The notes below the pieces were generated by a model that was not told the DNA's origin, searched no databases, and saw only the letters and a program-made list of their open reading frames with translations. Below are positions 1-10,675 of a DNA stretch of 64,000 bases, in pieces. How positions within the stretch are numbered: the first letter of the stretch is position 1; every line of letters begins with the position of its first letter. Origin of the DNA: an uncultured delta proteobacterium (lineage in GTDB: Bacteria > Desulfobacterota > BSN033 > UBA1163). The DNA lies in the NCBI GenBank assembly GCA_963708295.1, contig CAVPSJ010000017.1:128001-192000 (forward strand). The letters are read 5' to 3'. A program made the position numbers and the translations under genes.

Positions 1-519
1 GAGGGGCTGGAGATTCCGTTCGAGATTCGCGTGGCTGCAGAGGTGACACTCAGCAATCGTTTACATCAGGAGATCAAGGAGCTGAGCAGGAATTTTAAAG
101 GGACGATCCGAAAAGGGAAGATCGATGAGATCGTTGAAGAAGCAAAAGAACACGGGTATCGTCTGAGAAAGGAGAAATCTCTTTTGGCTCTGAATGCGTT
201 GTTGATGGACAGAATGAATGCCCTTCAAAAGAACAAAGGTTCCGATCTCCCACGTCAATCAGAACTGGCCGAGGAAATGCTAGCACTTCTCAACTTGGCA
301 AAAAAGTGGGATTTGGAAATGTCCCTGGAAGAGGCCCGGAATTCGATGAACCAGATCCTGGGAGAATGTGTCGGGGATCTCGAGAAATGCTGGTGGGAGA
401 ATGGAACTCCGAAGCTATTCTCTCCCAATCTGATCATCCTGGCAGAGAAATTAGGTTTCAATGTGGACAGATTTTCAAAAATAGCTGATTCCGGCACGTC
501 GGCGGGTCAATCAGGATAG
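1..519 (+). CDS. C-terminal part of a protein entering from the left, probably DUF3536/GH57-family
   Basis: Frame open from base 1 (EGLEIPFEIRVAAEVTL...) to TAG 519; helical tail ending LAEKLGFNV resembles DUF3536 proteins. Confidence 0.45.
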   Translation, partial: EGLEIPFEIRVAAEVTLSNRLHQEIKELSRNFKGTIRKGKIDEIVEEAKEHGYRLRKEKSLLALNALLMDRMNALQKNKGSDLPRQSELAEEMLALLNLAKKWDLEMSLEEARNSMNQILGECVGDLEKCWWENGTPKLFSPNLIILAEKLGFNVDRFSKIADSGTSAGQSG

Positions 520-744
520 ACGGACGTGTGTCAATCCACACGTTTCCCATCTGACACACTATTCCCAAGCAGTCTTTGCGTGACCCTCCTCTGTTTTTCC
601 CCGGGGAAAGGCGACGACAGCAATGGCGGGCTGTCCGAAGGCGCCCCGCTTTGGGCCTTGACCAGGGCTTAGCGATGTCGCCGGTCGTCAAGTGGTTCCC
701 GACGACCGGGGCGCGGATTTTAGACCGTCCGCAGAAAAGTTTTT

Positions 745-773
745 TTGACAGCCTGGCCCAATTGCGATATAAG
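745..773 (+). promoter_or_regulatory. sigma70-type promoter for tct operon
   Basis: TTGACA-17 nt-TATAAG upstream of tctB. Confidence 0.6.
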
Positions 774-805
774 GTTAAGTCTTATAAGGGGATATTCGGA
801 GGTGG

Positions 806-1276
806 TTGTTGAAGACACTAAGACCGGTCGATATCGTCGTGGGTTGTTTCCTCGCCCTCCTCGGGCTTTTCATTCTGTATGCCTCGTCGATGATCAGGGT
901 GGGAGTGGAAAGGGCCCTGTCCCCCCGCACCATCCCCTCTGCCGTCGGTTTTCTCATATTTTTTTGCGGTATCGGACTTGCCGTCAAATCCTGGCGTTTC
1001 CGGGGAGAGGATCCCAAGATCAACTGGCCGGACCGGGAGGGGTTAAGGATCATCCTGGTCAGTCTGATCCTCCTGGCATGTTACATCGTTCTGATGAATC
1101 CGCTCGGGCTGCCCCTCAGCACGTTTCTGTATGTCACCATTTCCATCTGGTATCTGAAACGGTCGAAATGGGTTACGGCGATCGTGACCGGCCTGATCTT
1201 TGGGATCGTCTCGTACTACGTCTTCATCCATCTGCTGAAGCTCTCTTTCCCGGTGGGATTCTTATTTGAAGGTTAG
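806..1276 (+). CDS. tctB: Tripartite tricarboxylate transporter small membrane subunit
   Basis: 156 aa, four hydrophobic segments, ends LKLSFPVG, directly upstream of tctA. Confidence 0.85.
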   Translation: MLKTLRPVDIVVGCFLALLGLFILYASSMIRVGVERALSPRTIPSAVGFLIFFCGIGLAVKSWRFRGEDPKINWPDREGLRIILVSLILLACYIVLMNPLGLPLSTFLYVTISIWYLKRSKWVTAIVTGLIFGIVSYYVFIHLLKLSFPVGFLFEG

Positions 1277-1285
1277 GAGAACGGT

Positions 1286-2791
1286 ATGGGTTTTTCCTGG
1301 GACTTTCTTTTCCAGGGGTTTGCGACCGCCTTTTCTTTGCAGAATCTTCTCTGGGCGCTGGTGGGCTGTTTCATCGGAACTCTGGTCGGGGTGCTCCCCG
1401 GCATCGGTCCCGCCTCCGGGATCGCGATCCTCCTTCCCCTGACGACGGTGCTTCCCCCGACCTCGGCGATCATCATGATGGCGGCCATCTACTACGGTGC
1501 CATGTACGGGGGATCGACGACCGCAATCGTCGTCAACATCCCGGGGGAGGCTTCCTCCGTGCCGACTGCCATAGACGGCTATGAAATGGCCAAGCAAGGG
1601 AAAGCCGGTCCGGCTCTTGCCATCTCCGCCATCTCGTCTTTTTTCGCAGGGACGCTCGGCCTTGTCGGCCTGACCTTCTTTGCCCCGCTCCTGGCTAACT
1701 TTGCCGTGGTTTTCGGCCCGCCGGAGTATTTTGCCCTGATGTTCATGGCGTTGACCCTCATCATCAGCCTTTCCGGCCGCGCCCTTCTGAAGGGAGTCAT
1801 CTCCATGGCCCTGGGGCTCATGACCTCTTTGATCGGTCAGGATCCTCTCACCGGAGCCACCCGGCTGACTTTCGGGTTCCCGAAGCTTTTGGCCGGGATC
1901 GATTTCATCAGCGTGATTGTGGGACTCTTCGCGATCAGCGAGGTGATGATCAATGTGGAGCAGAGAATCACCGCCATCAGTCAGAAGATCGGCAACTGGA
2001 TGCCGACCTGGGCCGATATAAAGCAGTGCCTGGGAACAATGCTCCGCTGCACAGGTGTCGGTTTCTTCCTGGGGCTCCTTCCTGGGGTCACCCCTTCGGT
2101 GACGACGTTTGTAGCTTACGATCTCGAAAAGCGGGTATCGAAGCACCCCGAGCGGTTCGGCCGCGGGGCGATCGAGGGTGTTGCCGCCCCCGAAGGGGCG
2201 AACAACGCGACCTCCACCGCCGGATTCGTTCCGCTCTTCTCGTTCGGGCTTCCCACGGCGCCGTCAATGGCGGTCCTGCTCGGAGGGCTGATGATGTACG
2301 GCCTTCAGCCGGGACCGATGCTCTTCAAGCAGAATCCTGAATTTGTCTGGGCGGTCATTGCCAGCATGTACATCGGCAACGTCATGCTGATCGTCCTTAA
2401 TCTCCCGCTTGTAGGGATGTGGGCCAGAATTTGCGTCATCCCTTTTTATATCCTTGGGCCCTTGATCGTCTTCTTTTCCGTGCTCGGGACATACAGCATC
2501 CGGTTCCTCGCGTTCGATGTATGGATTATGCTCATCTTCGGGGTGATCGGGTACTTCATGCGAAAGCTTGGATTTCCCGTCGCCCCCATGGTGTTGGCGA
2601 CCGTCATTGCGCAGATGATGGAGACGTCCCTGGGGCAGTCGCTGCTCATCTCGCAGGGGTCTCCTCTGATCTTTTTCACCCGTCCCATCTCGGCCGTATT
2701 CATGGGGCTTGCCTTCCTTTCGATTGGGCGGGGGATCTGGATTCAGGTCCGCTCCAAAGCACCTGAAGTGGCGATAGAGGAAGCCGATTGA
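1286..2791 (+). CDS. tctA: Tripartite tricarboxylate transporter large permease
   Basis: GTLVGVLPGIG, YYGAMYGGSTTAIVVNIPGE and EGVAAPEGANNA motifs. Confidence 0.95.
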   Translation: MGFSWDFLFQGFATAFSLQNLLWALVGCFIGTLVGVLPGIGPASGIAILLPLTTVLPPTSAIIMMAAIYYGAMYGGSTTAIVVNIPGEASSVPTAIDGYEMAKQGKAGPALAISAISSFFAGTLGLVGLTFFAPLLANFAVVFGPPEYFALMFMALTLIISLSGRALLKGVISMALGLMTSLIGQDPLTGATRLTFGFPKLLAGIDFISVIVGLFAISEVMINVEQRITAISQKIGNWMPTWADIKQCLGTMLRCTGVGFFLGLLPGVTPSVTTFVAYDLEKRVSKHPERFGRGAIEGVAAPEGANNATSTAGFVPLFSFGLPTAPSMAVLLGGLMMYGLQPGPMLFKQNPEFVWAVIASMYIGNVMLIVLNLPLVGMWARICVIPFYILGPLIVFFSVLGTYSIRFLAFDVWIMLIFGVIGYFMRKLGFPVAPMVLATVIAQMMETSLGQSLLISQGSPLIFFTRPISAVFMGLAFLSIGRGIWIQVRSKAPEVAIEEAD

Positions 2792-2885
2792 TACGCAACG
2801 GGCATGGTTATATAGGGGTGCCTGCGACACGGTGAGCTTCGGACATATTAAAACCGTCAACCCTTTTCAAGACAGGAGGAAAGCT

Positions 2886-3853
2886 ATGAGAAAAATTGCC
2901 ATCGGTTTTATCGCTCTCTTTGCCACCTTTGCAATGGTATTGGCTGGCGCGGTCAACGCGGCGGAATATCCCAACAAGCGTATCAACTACAACATCTGTT
3001 TTAATCCCGGCGGAGAGTCGGATATCACCGCCCGGATCCAGGAACAGGCCCTAAAGAAGTATTTAGGCGTGGATGTGGTCATTCAATACAAGATCGGCGG
3101 GGGGGGAGCCCTCTGCTGGGCGGATCTGGTCCAGACCAAGCCGGACGGCTACACGATCGCCGGTCACAACCTTCCCCACACCGTCCTCCAGCCTCTGGAA
3201 ATGGGCGATGCCGGGTACAAGACCCTGGACCTCAAGCAAATCTATATGTTCGAGAGCACTCCGAATGTCCTGATGGTCCGGAATGACAGCCCTTTTAAGA
3301 CCCTGAAAGACTTTGTCGATTACGCCAAGAAGAACCCCCCAGGCGTGATCACCGTAGGGGGCAGCGGTACCTCGTCTGCAAACGATCTCGGAACCACGAT
3401 GCTCAGCAAGGCTGCGGGCATTAAATTGACCTACGTGCCGTTCGGTGGGACCGGTTCCGCCGTGCCAGCCCTCCTGGGAAACCATGTAACGGCGCTCATG
3501 TCCTATTCCCCCATGGTGGTCCAATATAAAGACAAGTTCCGGTTCCTGGCCATGGCCTCGGAAAAACGGATGGACGTCATCCCCGACGTGCCGACGTTCA
3601 AGGAGCTGGGCTATGACATCGTAGAAGGGGCCTACCGCGGGGTTGCCGCCCCTCCGGGAACGCCGGATGCAATTATCAAATTTCTTGCCAACGCCTTCGA
3701 CAAGACCATGAAGGACCCGGAGGTCAAAAAGAAGATGGATCAGAACGGGTTCAAGACGGAGTTCATGGGCCCGAAGAATCCCTGGCCCTGGTGAAGAAGA
3801 AGATGGTAGAATACGAAGTGATCATGAAGGAACTGGGACGAATCAAAAAGTAG
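2886..3853 (+). CDS. tctC: Tct substrate-binding protein (Bug family); frameshift near 3775
   Basis: AGGAGG RBS, signal peptide, PGGESD and KPDGYTI motifs; C-terminus (EESLALVKKKMVEYEVIMKELGRIKK*) continues in another frame. Confidence 0.85.
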
Positions 3854-3919
3854 GTAACACTTTAGTTGTTTGAAAAAGAATCACAAACAACTTCTAATCA
3901 GTCCATTCTCCCAAATAAT

Positions 3920-4020
3920 CCCCTCCCCCTTCGATGGGGGAGGGTGAGGGTGGGGGTGGACAAAATGAAGACCTTTTATCCCCTCTCCTCTTAATCTCCT
4001 CCCGCAGGGGGAGGAGAGAT
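3920..4020. repeat. REP-like palindromes
   Basis: CCCTCCCCCTTCGATGGGGGAGGG and CTCCTCCCGCAGGGGGAGGAG hairpins; similar units recur at 14505 and 18760. Confidence 0.7.
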
Positions 4021-4061
4021 TATTTTAGTAACATACAACCTTCAAAGGAGATAACATTATC

Positions 4062-5165
4062 ATGCGCATTACCGAAGTTAAGGCCGAATTATTGCGTATG
4101 CCTCTGCCACGTCCGATGCAATCGGGATCATCCAGTGGCAAAAAGGGTGGCCCGGTCAGTCACATCAATATGCCGATCGTATTCATCACCACCGAAGACG
4201 GGACCCAGGGGCTCGGGTATGCCTGGAGCCTGTTGGGAGGCGCTACGGCTACACGGTGTGTGCTTCAGGACGATTTTGCGCCGCTTCTGATCGGCGAAGA
4301 TGCCCTCGACCACGAGCGCCTGTGGCACAAGCTCTACAAACGGCTGCAGTCGGTGGGCCGCGTTGGACTGGTTATCCAGGCTCAGGCAGCGGTCGATCTG
4401 GCTCTGTGGGATATCAAAGGTAAAATTTCCGGCTTGCCGGTTTACAAGCTCTTGGGCGGCTGCCGGGAAAGTGCACCGGTCTACGGCTCCGACGGCGGCT
4501 GGTTGTATATGAGCGTGTCCGAAATGGTGGCGGCCTTCGAGAGCTATCTTGAGCAGGGGATGATGGGTGTTAAAATGAAGATCGGCCATGAAAACCCTAA
4601 GGTCGATATTCAGCGGGTCAGGGAGGTCCGTAAGGCTCTGGGTGATGATGTTTGGATCGCCGTCGACGCCAACCAGAAATGGGATTTCCCGACGGCCATG
4701 TGGGTGGGTCGCGAGCTTGAACAGCTGGGCGTTGCATGGTTCGAAGAGCCGTTATTATGCGAGGATGTTCCCGGTCATGCCAGACTCGCGGCTGCACTGG
4801 ATATTCCCATCGCGATGGGAGAAACGTTGGGGTCGCGCTTCGAATTCAACGCTTATCTGCGCGCCAACGCGGTCGATATTCTGCAACCTGATATTATTCG
4901 GGTCGGCGGCATTACCGAAATGGTTAAAGTGGTTACCCTGGCGGATATCGCCCAGCTACCGGTTGCGCCGCACCACATGATGGAAAGCACGATTCATGTC
5001 GCCTGCGGCGTCATGGGATCCGGCCCCATTGAGTACATGCCCTGGGTAGCGGGTGCGTTTGCGGAGCCCGTGCAGATCAAAAACGGAAATATGATACCAC
5101 CCCAAAAACCGGGATTGGGGCTGGAGATTCCCGAGGAAATTATTAAGCGCTACCGCTCTGAGTGA
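4062..5165 (+). CDS. Mandelate racemase/muconate lactonizing enzyme family (enolase superfamily)
   Basis: AVDLALWDIKGK, KMK, VDANQ, WFEEP, GE, DILQPD, APH motifs. Confidence 0.9.
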   Translation: MRITEVKAELLRMPLPRPMQSGSSSGKKGGPVSHINMPIVFITTEDGTQGLGYAWSLLGGATATRCVLQDDFAPLLIGEDALDHERLWHKLYKRLQSVGRVGLVIQAQAAVDLALWDIKGKISGLPVYKLLGGCRESAPVYGSDGGWLYMSVSEMVAAFESYLEQGMMGVKMKIGHENPKVDIQRVREVRKALGDDVWIAVDANQKWDFPTAMWVGRELEQLGVAWFEEPLLCEDVPGHARLAAALDIPIAMGETLGSRFEFNAYLRANAVDILQPDIIRVGGITEMVKVVTLADIAQLPVAPHHMMESTIHVACGVMGSGPIEYMPWVAGAFAEPVQIKNGNMIPPQKPGLGLEIPEEIIKRYRSE

Positions 5166-5265
5166 CGTTCCGCTCTCATTGCGGGTCGACCTTTAACTAG
5201 CAAATAACCAAGAATATTTGGAGTTTCTCCGGTTACAGAGTAATTCCTCCCCCTTCGACGGGGGA

Positions 5266-5529
5266 TACACAGACCGGGGACATAGGTAATGGTTGTTCGG
5301 AGACATGGGTAATAGTTGTTTAATATCTTAGTCAATGTTGGAAATTTTTTACCTCCCCTTAAGTTAAGGGGAGGTGCGGAGGGGTTACGATCAGCGCCGA
5401 TTCGGGACTGAATAACTCCCCCCATCCCCCTCTTACTCTAAGAGGGGAACAACAGCGATTGCGTCCAGCAGCCCCTTGTCTTGTAACCTGTGTGTCCGAA
5501 CATCTGTTACCCATCTTGCCTGTCTATAC
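5266..5529. mobile_element. Degenerate IS481-like inverted ends enclosing REP palindromes (non-autonomous remnant)
   Basis: Left GACATAGGTAATGGTTGTTCGGAGACATGGGTAA is an imperfect inverted copy of right TGTAACCTGTGTGTCCGAACATCTGTTACCCATC; a further half end near 7468. Confidence 0.5.
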
Positions 5530-5639
5530 GGGGGAGGGTGAGGGTGCCGAAGGGAAGGAAGATTTTGGAGAGACATTTTAGAGAAAGTCAGGGATAAATT
5601 TTCAGATCAAAATACCTAAGAATCCAAGGAGAAAATAAA

Positions 5640-6716
5640 ATGCCAACCGGACATAAACACAAGATAGCGGTGATCATGGGAGATGGAATCGGTAAAGAGG
5701 TGGTGCCCGAGGGCATGCGGGTACTGGACGTCGCGGCAGAGAGGTTCGGCTTCAAGCTCGAGTGGACACCGTTCCCCTGGAGTTGTGAATATTACAGCTC
5801 AAAAGGGGAGATGATGCCGAAAAACGGGATGGATATACTGAAAGCATATGAATCGATCTTCCTCGGCGCGGTCGGCTACCCCGGTGTCCCGGACCATGTG
5901 TCGCTGTGGGGGCTGCTCATTCCCATCCGAAGGGGTTTTCAGCAGTACGTCAACTTCAGACCCGTTAGAAACATGAGGGGCATCACAAGTCCCCTGCGGA
6001 ATATCGAATCTGGACAAATAGATTTCTGTGTGGTGAGAGAGAATAATGAGGGTGAATACTCAAACATTGGCGGAATGATGTACGAAGGGACCGAACAGGA
6101 ATTCGTCGTTCAGGAAACGGTTTTCACCCGCAAAGGTGTTGAAAGGATCATGAGATATGCCTTCGACCAGGCTCGAAAGAGGGAAAAGAAGAGGGTGACT
6201 TCCGTCACGAAGTCGAACGGAATTGTTTTCACCATGCCCTACTGGGATGAGATATTCAAAGGAATCGCGAGGGAGTACCCGGAAGTAAAGACTGACCAGT
6301 ACCACGTCGATGCCCTGTCCGCCATGTTCGTGCAGCATCCGGAACAATTTGACGTGGTGGTGGGCAGCAACCTGTTCGGTGACATCCTCTCGGACCTGGG
6401 TGCAGCCGTGGCAGGCAGCCTCGGCATCGCGCCGTCGGCCAGTCTTAACCCCGAGCGCAAATTTCCATCCATGTTCGAACCGGTCCACGGCTCGGCGCCT
6501 GATATTGCAGGCAAGGGGGTTGCAAACCCTATTGGTCAGATCCTCTCCGGGGCCTTGATGGTCCATCATCTGGGACATCCTGAAGCGGCAGGAGCGATAG
6601 AAAAAGCTGTGGAGGTTGCCGTGGCGGACAGGAAAATAAGAACCCGGGATCTGGGCGGCGAGGCATCGACCCAGCAGATGGGGAAAGCCATCGCCGACCT
6701 GGTGGCGACAGTGTAA
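5640..6716 (+). CDS. Tartrate dehydrogenase/decarboxylase (D-malate dehydrogenase family)
   Basis: GDGIGKEV, PDHVSLWGLLIPIRR, SNLFGDILSDL, MFEPVHGSAPDIAG. Confidence 0.92.
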   Translation: MPTGHKHKIAVIMGDGIGKEVVPEGMRVLDVAAERFGFKLEWTPFPWSCEYYSSKGEMMPKNGMDILKAYESIFLGAVGYPGVPDHVSLWGLLIPIRRGFQQYVNFRPVRNMRGITSPLRNIESGQIDFCVVRENNEGEYSNIGGMMYEGTEQEFVVQETVFTRKGVERIMRYAFDQARKREKKRVTSVTKSNGIVFTMPYWDEIFKGIAREYPEVKTDQYHVDALSAMFVQHPEQFDVVVGSNLFGDILSDLGAAVAGSLGIAPSASLNPERKFPSMFEPVHGSAPDIAGKGVANPIGQILSGALMVHHLGHPEAAGAIEKAVEVAVADRKIRTRDLGGEASTQQMGKAIADLVATV

Positions 6717-6824
6717 GGTGTTCAAGGAGGCGAGGAAGTGAGACGCCCCCTCATCTTTTTCGAATAAAAGGGATGATTTGACAACCACGATCTTGTAGTG
6801 TATTGTAGTGGAAGGAGGCAGGTT

Positions 6825-7043
6825 ATGCGCTCAGTCCTTTCTGTAAGTTTACCCGAAAACATATCGTCCGAACTCGATAAGTTCGCCAGGAGCACAGGCC
6901 GAACCAAGAGCGACATTGTGAAGGAATCGATCGATCTCTACCTCTGGGAGGTACGATTCCGTAAGTTGCAGAAGCGGGTGGGGACGAAAGCCAAGAAGGC
7001 AGGCCTGGTCAGCGAAGAGGATGTATTCAAGGCCATATCGTGA
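6825..7043 (+). CDS. Ribbon-helix-helix (CopG-like) antitoxin
   Basis: SVSLPE...LDKFARSTGRTKSDIVKE; GGAGG RBS; TTGACA-17-TATTGT promoter at 6778-6806; overlaps PIN gene by 4 nt. Confidence 0.85.
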   Translation: MRSVLSVSLPENISSELDKFARSTGRTKSDIVKESIDLYLWEVRFRKLQKRVGTKAKKAGLVSEEDVFKAIS

Positions 7044-7444
7044 AAGCCGTTTTTGATACCAATGTTCTGGTGGCCGCCTTTGTCAGCGAGGGCGTCTGTT
7101 CGAAGCTTCTCATCAGAGCACGAAAGAGACAATTTCACCTCTTTATTTCTCCCTTCATTCTCCAGGAGTTCGAGCGGGTTCTCGTCAGGAAGCTTGCGGT
7201 TCCAAAGAGCGAAGCAAGGAATGCAGTAAGACTTGTCTCAGACGCCGCCGAGGCTGTTGTTCTTCCTCTCAAGCTCGACGCGCCTATCTGTCGCGATCCA
7301 ATGGATGACAATATCTTGGCGTGCAGCCTGGCAGCGGGGACCGATTACCTGGTCACAGGAGATGCAGATCTTTTGGACCTGGGATCCTTTCGGAATACTC
7401 TCATCATCTCGCCGCGGGATTTTGAGTCACTGTTCGTTGATTAA
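7040..7444 (+). CDS. PIN-domain toxin (VapC-like)
   Basis: KAVFDTNVLV, CRDPMDD, DYLVTGDADLL. Confidence 0.9.
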   Translation: MKAVFDTNVLVAAFVSEGVCSKLLIRARKRQFHLFISPFILQEFERVLVRKLAVPKSEARNAVRLVSDAAEAVVLPLKLDAPICRDPMDDNILACSLAAGTDYLVTGDADLLDLGSFRNTLIISPRDFESLFVD

Positions 7445-7645
7445 TGGACCAAAATTCGGATTAATTATTATTACCTATGTTCCCGGTTTATCCCCCCCCC
7501 TTATTTTAAGGGGGGATGGAGGGGGGTTATTAATTTTAGTAGTTCGGTGCGCCCCACGGGCACGGGGTCTGAGTTTACGTTTTGTGTTGGGGATCGATCC
7601 CTGATTTCTTGCTTAATTAGTGGCGGTTACATCTGCGGGCGACAA

Positions 7646-7840
7646 TTAATTCTTCATCAGCTCTTTCAGTTTCTTTACTGCTCGGGGCAACACCTCTCCT
7701 GTCCTCTCTTCAAAGCGTAAATGACAGCTCCGATCCATGGGAGTCTCCCCCTGATTGATGATGACCAGACGGGCTCCTGATCTCAGGGCGACTCTGGGCA
7801 TATCATTGGCAGGGCTGACCACAAGACTCGAACCTAATGC
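7646..7840 (-). pseudogene. C-terminal fragment of Sir2-family NAD-dependent deacylase
   Basis: ALGSSLVVSPANDMP...GARLVIINQGETPMD motif; the N-terminal three quarters are absent. Confidence 0.75.
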
Positions 7841-8003
7841 TCTAATCCTTCGAAAGCCCTTAGTCACGGTCCTCAGAGGGGTTTTGACGATTCCGTGTGT
7901 CTTGTGATTTTTTCTTCTTGACCCACAAACCCCTTTCTTGTATATTCGACTCATTCCAAACGAGTTCTTATCAAAAAACAAAATCAAATCAAAACCAAAA
8001 ACA

Positions 8004-8132
8004 TATGCTCAAGCTAGTGGAAGCCATGGCCAACATGAAGGAACAGGAAGCTCTTGCGATCTTCGAGGAGCTGCTTGGGAGGGCGCCATGGCTGCCGTGG
8101 CTTTTGGCAAAGAAGCAGCGAGGGGGAAGTAG
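8004..8132 (+). pseudogene. Internally deleted corrinoid (B12-binding) protein remnant
   Basis: N-terminal cap-like LVEAMANMKEQEALAIFEELL joined out of frame to C-terminal-like AMAAVAFGKEAARGK*; abuts a UroD-family gene. Confidence 0.55.
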
Positions 8133-9252
8133 ATGGACTCGTTCGAGAAGCTGGACCGGGCGATAGCCCTCAAGCCCACGCCGGAGATCCCGGTCTACCC
8201 CCACATCGTCACCTTCGCCGGGCGCTGCGCCGGCATCACCCAGGCCGAGCTCTTCAGCAGCAACAAGGCCTGGCTGGCCGCCTGCGACAAGACCTTCGAG
8301 CGGGTGGGCAAGCCGGACGTGGTCTTCCCCCTGAACCCGTGCGACACCGCCTACATCGAGTCGATGAAGGTCAAGCTTCCCGGGCAGGGAGCTGGGCCCC
8401 GACGAGCCCTTCCAGTTCGTGGAGGAAGAGATCATGCAGGTCTCCGACTACGACGTGATCCTCGAGAAGGGCTGGAGCGCCTGGAACACCGAGTTCATGA
8501 AGACGCATCCAGTCGCCGCCCCTGGCACGGCTGGCTCGGCAGCCTCAAGGTGCTCTGGGGCTTCATCAGGGCCGGCATGAACACCGGCAAGAACATCAAG
8601 CACTGGAAGGAGCAGGGCATGCCGGTGATGTTCCACACCGGCGTCGCCCCGCCGTTCGACGTCTTCTCGCTCAGCCGCTCGCTGCGCCCCTTCTACCGCG
8701 ACCTCTTCGACATACCCGAGAAGGTCAAGAAGGCCGTCGATGTCGGCACCGACGCCATGATCAAGCTGGGCATCGCCAACGCCAAGCGGGCCAAGGGCGA
8801 CCGGGTGGCCATCTTCGCCATGCGCTCGAGCGCCAGCTTCATCTCGCCCAAGATCTTCGACGAGATCTCGTTCCCCTCGATCAAGCGGATGGTGGAGGGC
8901 TACCACGCGGCCGGCCTCATCTCGGTGCTGCACTGCGACGGCAACTGGGACCTCATGATCCCCCGCTTCCGCGAGCTGCCCCGGGCGAGCTGCGTCGTGG
9001 AGCTCGACGGGGCCACCAACATCCGCAAGGCGCGGGAGGTGCTGGCCGACCACCTCTGCATCAAGGGCGACGTGCGGGCGGCCATGCTCGTCGCTGGGCA
9101 AGAAGGAAGAGGTGGAGGCCTACTGCCGGGAGCTGATCGAGTTCATGGGGCACGACGGCGGCTTCATCCTGGGCTCCGGCTGCGAGGTGCCCATCACGGC
9201 CAAGGTGGAGAACGTGGCGGCCCTGATCGCCGCCGCACATGTTGCGCCTTAA
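8133..9252 (+). CDS. Uroporphyrinogen decarboxylase/MtaA-CmuA family protein, several frameshifts, very high GC
   Basis: FISPKIFDE, VLHCDGNW, CIKGDV, and GGFILGSGCEVP in a shifted frame. Confidence 0.8.
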
Positions 9253-9635
9253 GGCTCTGGATTCTAAGACGGGGAAGCAATTGTGGAAAAACAGGAAGAT
9301 CGGCCCTATCCAGTGGTAAAGTCCCATTGTTGTAAATGGAGTCCTTTACATAACGGACGAAAACAGCCAGCCGACAGCCTTTACTCTTCCGAAACCCAAA
9401 TAATAGCTGATTCTGTTGTGACTCACTTTCCGGTCCCGAAAACCTGATCATACGAAAGTGTTAATTTCTAGCTACGTCCCTCGTGCCCATTGCGGCTTTC
9501 AGTAAATAAAAGAGAAGCGTTCGACGCAAAGCACGCTCCGCACGAACGTCCCTCCTTTGTTCTCCCAACTTAGGTGTGATTCTCTATGTACCAAATTACC
9601 GTTGCCTGGCCCCAAAAAATTCTTGGCTTCACATC

Positions 9636-10520
9636 TCACTTGAACTTATTAGAATACGCCTCATATAACCTTTGGGAGTCCCTTCCGTCAATTACACCGA
9701 AATAGATTCGTTGTTCGTTGGTGGCAGACTTTGCAATTGCGAAGTATTTCATTTGTTCAATAACACTCTGATTTATCTGGTCACAGCATTGGACAATGAA
9801 CGCTTCTGCTGGACTTCGAAATAATCTCTGGATTTGGTCGCCATTCTTACCCATTTTCTTTGGTGTGAGGACACCTTCTGTCCCTCTCCCCTTCAAGCCG
9901 AAAGCGGCAGGTAGTCTTCTGCCACCAATCATCAGCCTAGTCGAATATAAGTCGTCGGTTTCTCCACCCCAATCATTAAAGGTTCCGGGTTCGCCAATTA
10001 TCTTCTGGAGACCTCGTTTGAACTTTTTCTCATACATAGGCTTCAATTGACAGGTGGCCTTTTGTTTACGCACTTTTGCAAATGAATCGATGTCATCGAC
10101 TGTGATTTGCCTGATGTCGATAAGCTTTTTGGGGAAGCTAATCTTGATGACCTTGCCAATGGCTATTGGTGACACCTTCGTCGGAAAGCTTTCTAGTTTG
10201 TTTTTGTTGCTAGCAAGAGCTAAGATCTTGTCCCGATTATGTGTATAGAAGTCAATCTTTTGATATGCTGTTTCACTGTTAACCTTTCCGGCTAATTGGA
10301 TTATGTCTTCACTACAGAGGCGTTTGGCTTCCTGTAAAACTCGAACTCGATTCTTGATGCCTGAAATGGTGCAGATTTCAGACACCGATTTAACTTTTTT
10401 CTTTTTTGTATAGATCGCCTTGAAGACCTTTTTTCGATCAGCGGACCGGCCGAGGACCCTAGCAGCATTTGCCATCTTATCCTGTCGATCACCGCTGGGA
10501 TTGGATACAATAGCTGACAT
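9636..10520 (-). CDS. Hypothetical 294-aa protein: N-terminal winged-HTH-like region plus C-terminal possible PD-(D/E)XK-like nuclease domain
   Basis: GGAGG RBS; KSVSEICTISGIKNRVRVLQEAKRL HTH-like; DWGGETDDLY...AAFGLKG...GKNGDQIQRLF. Confidence 0.65.
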   Translation of the reverse strand: MSAIVSNPSGDRQDKMANAARVLGRSADRKKVFKAIYTKKKKVKSVSEICTISGIKNRVRVLQEAKRLCSEDIIQLAGKVNSETAYQKIDFYTHNRDKILALASNKNKLESFPTKVSPIAIGKVIKISFPKKLIDIRQITVDDIDSFAKVRKQKATCQLKPMYEKKFKRGLQKIIGEPGTFNDWGGETDDLYSTRLMIGGRRLPAAFGLKGRGTEGVLTPKKMGKNGDQIQRLFRSPAEAFIVQCCDQINQSVIEQMKYFAIAKSATNEQRIYFGVIDGRDSQRLYEAYSNKFK

Positions 10521-10675
10521 ATATTATGCTGCCTTGCCTCCCTTGTAGAAATAGCGCGCAAAATCGGTAGGTAGCGCGTTTTCTGCCCAGAGTTCTTGCT
10601 ATCTCAGTTCCCGCCAACCTCACACATTTCAAGATGCGCCTTACTCGAGCCGACCCCTAGGGAGGCCAAATGGGG

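Noticed and set aside
7646-7840. Sir2 as an anti-phage effector (Thoeris/DSR type)
   Set aside because: Only a C-terminal fragment, with motifs of ordinary CobB-type deacylases
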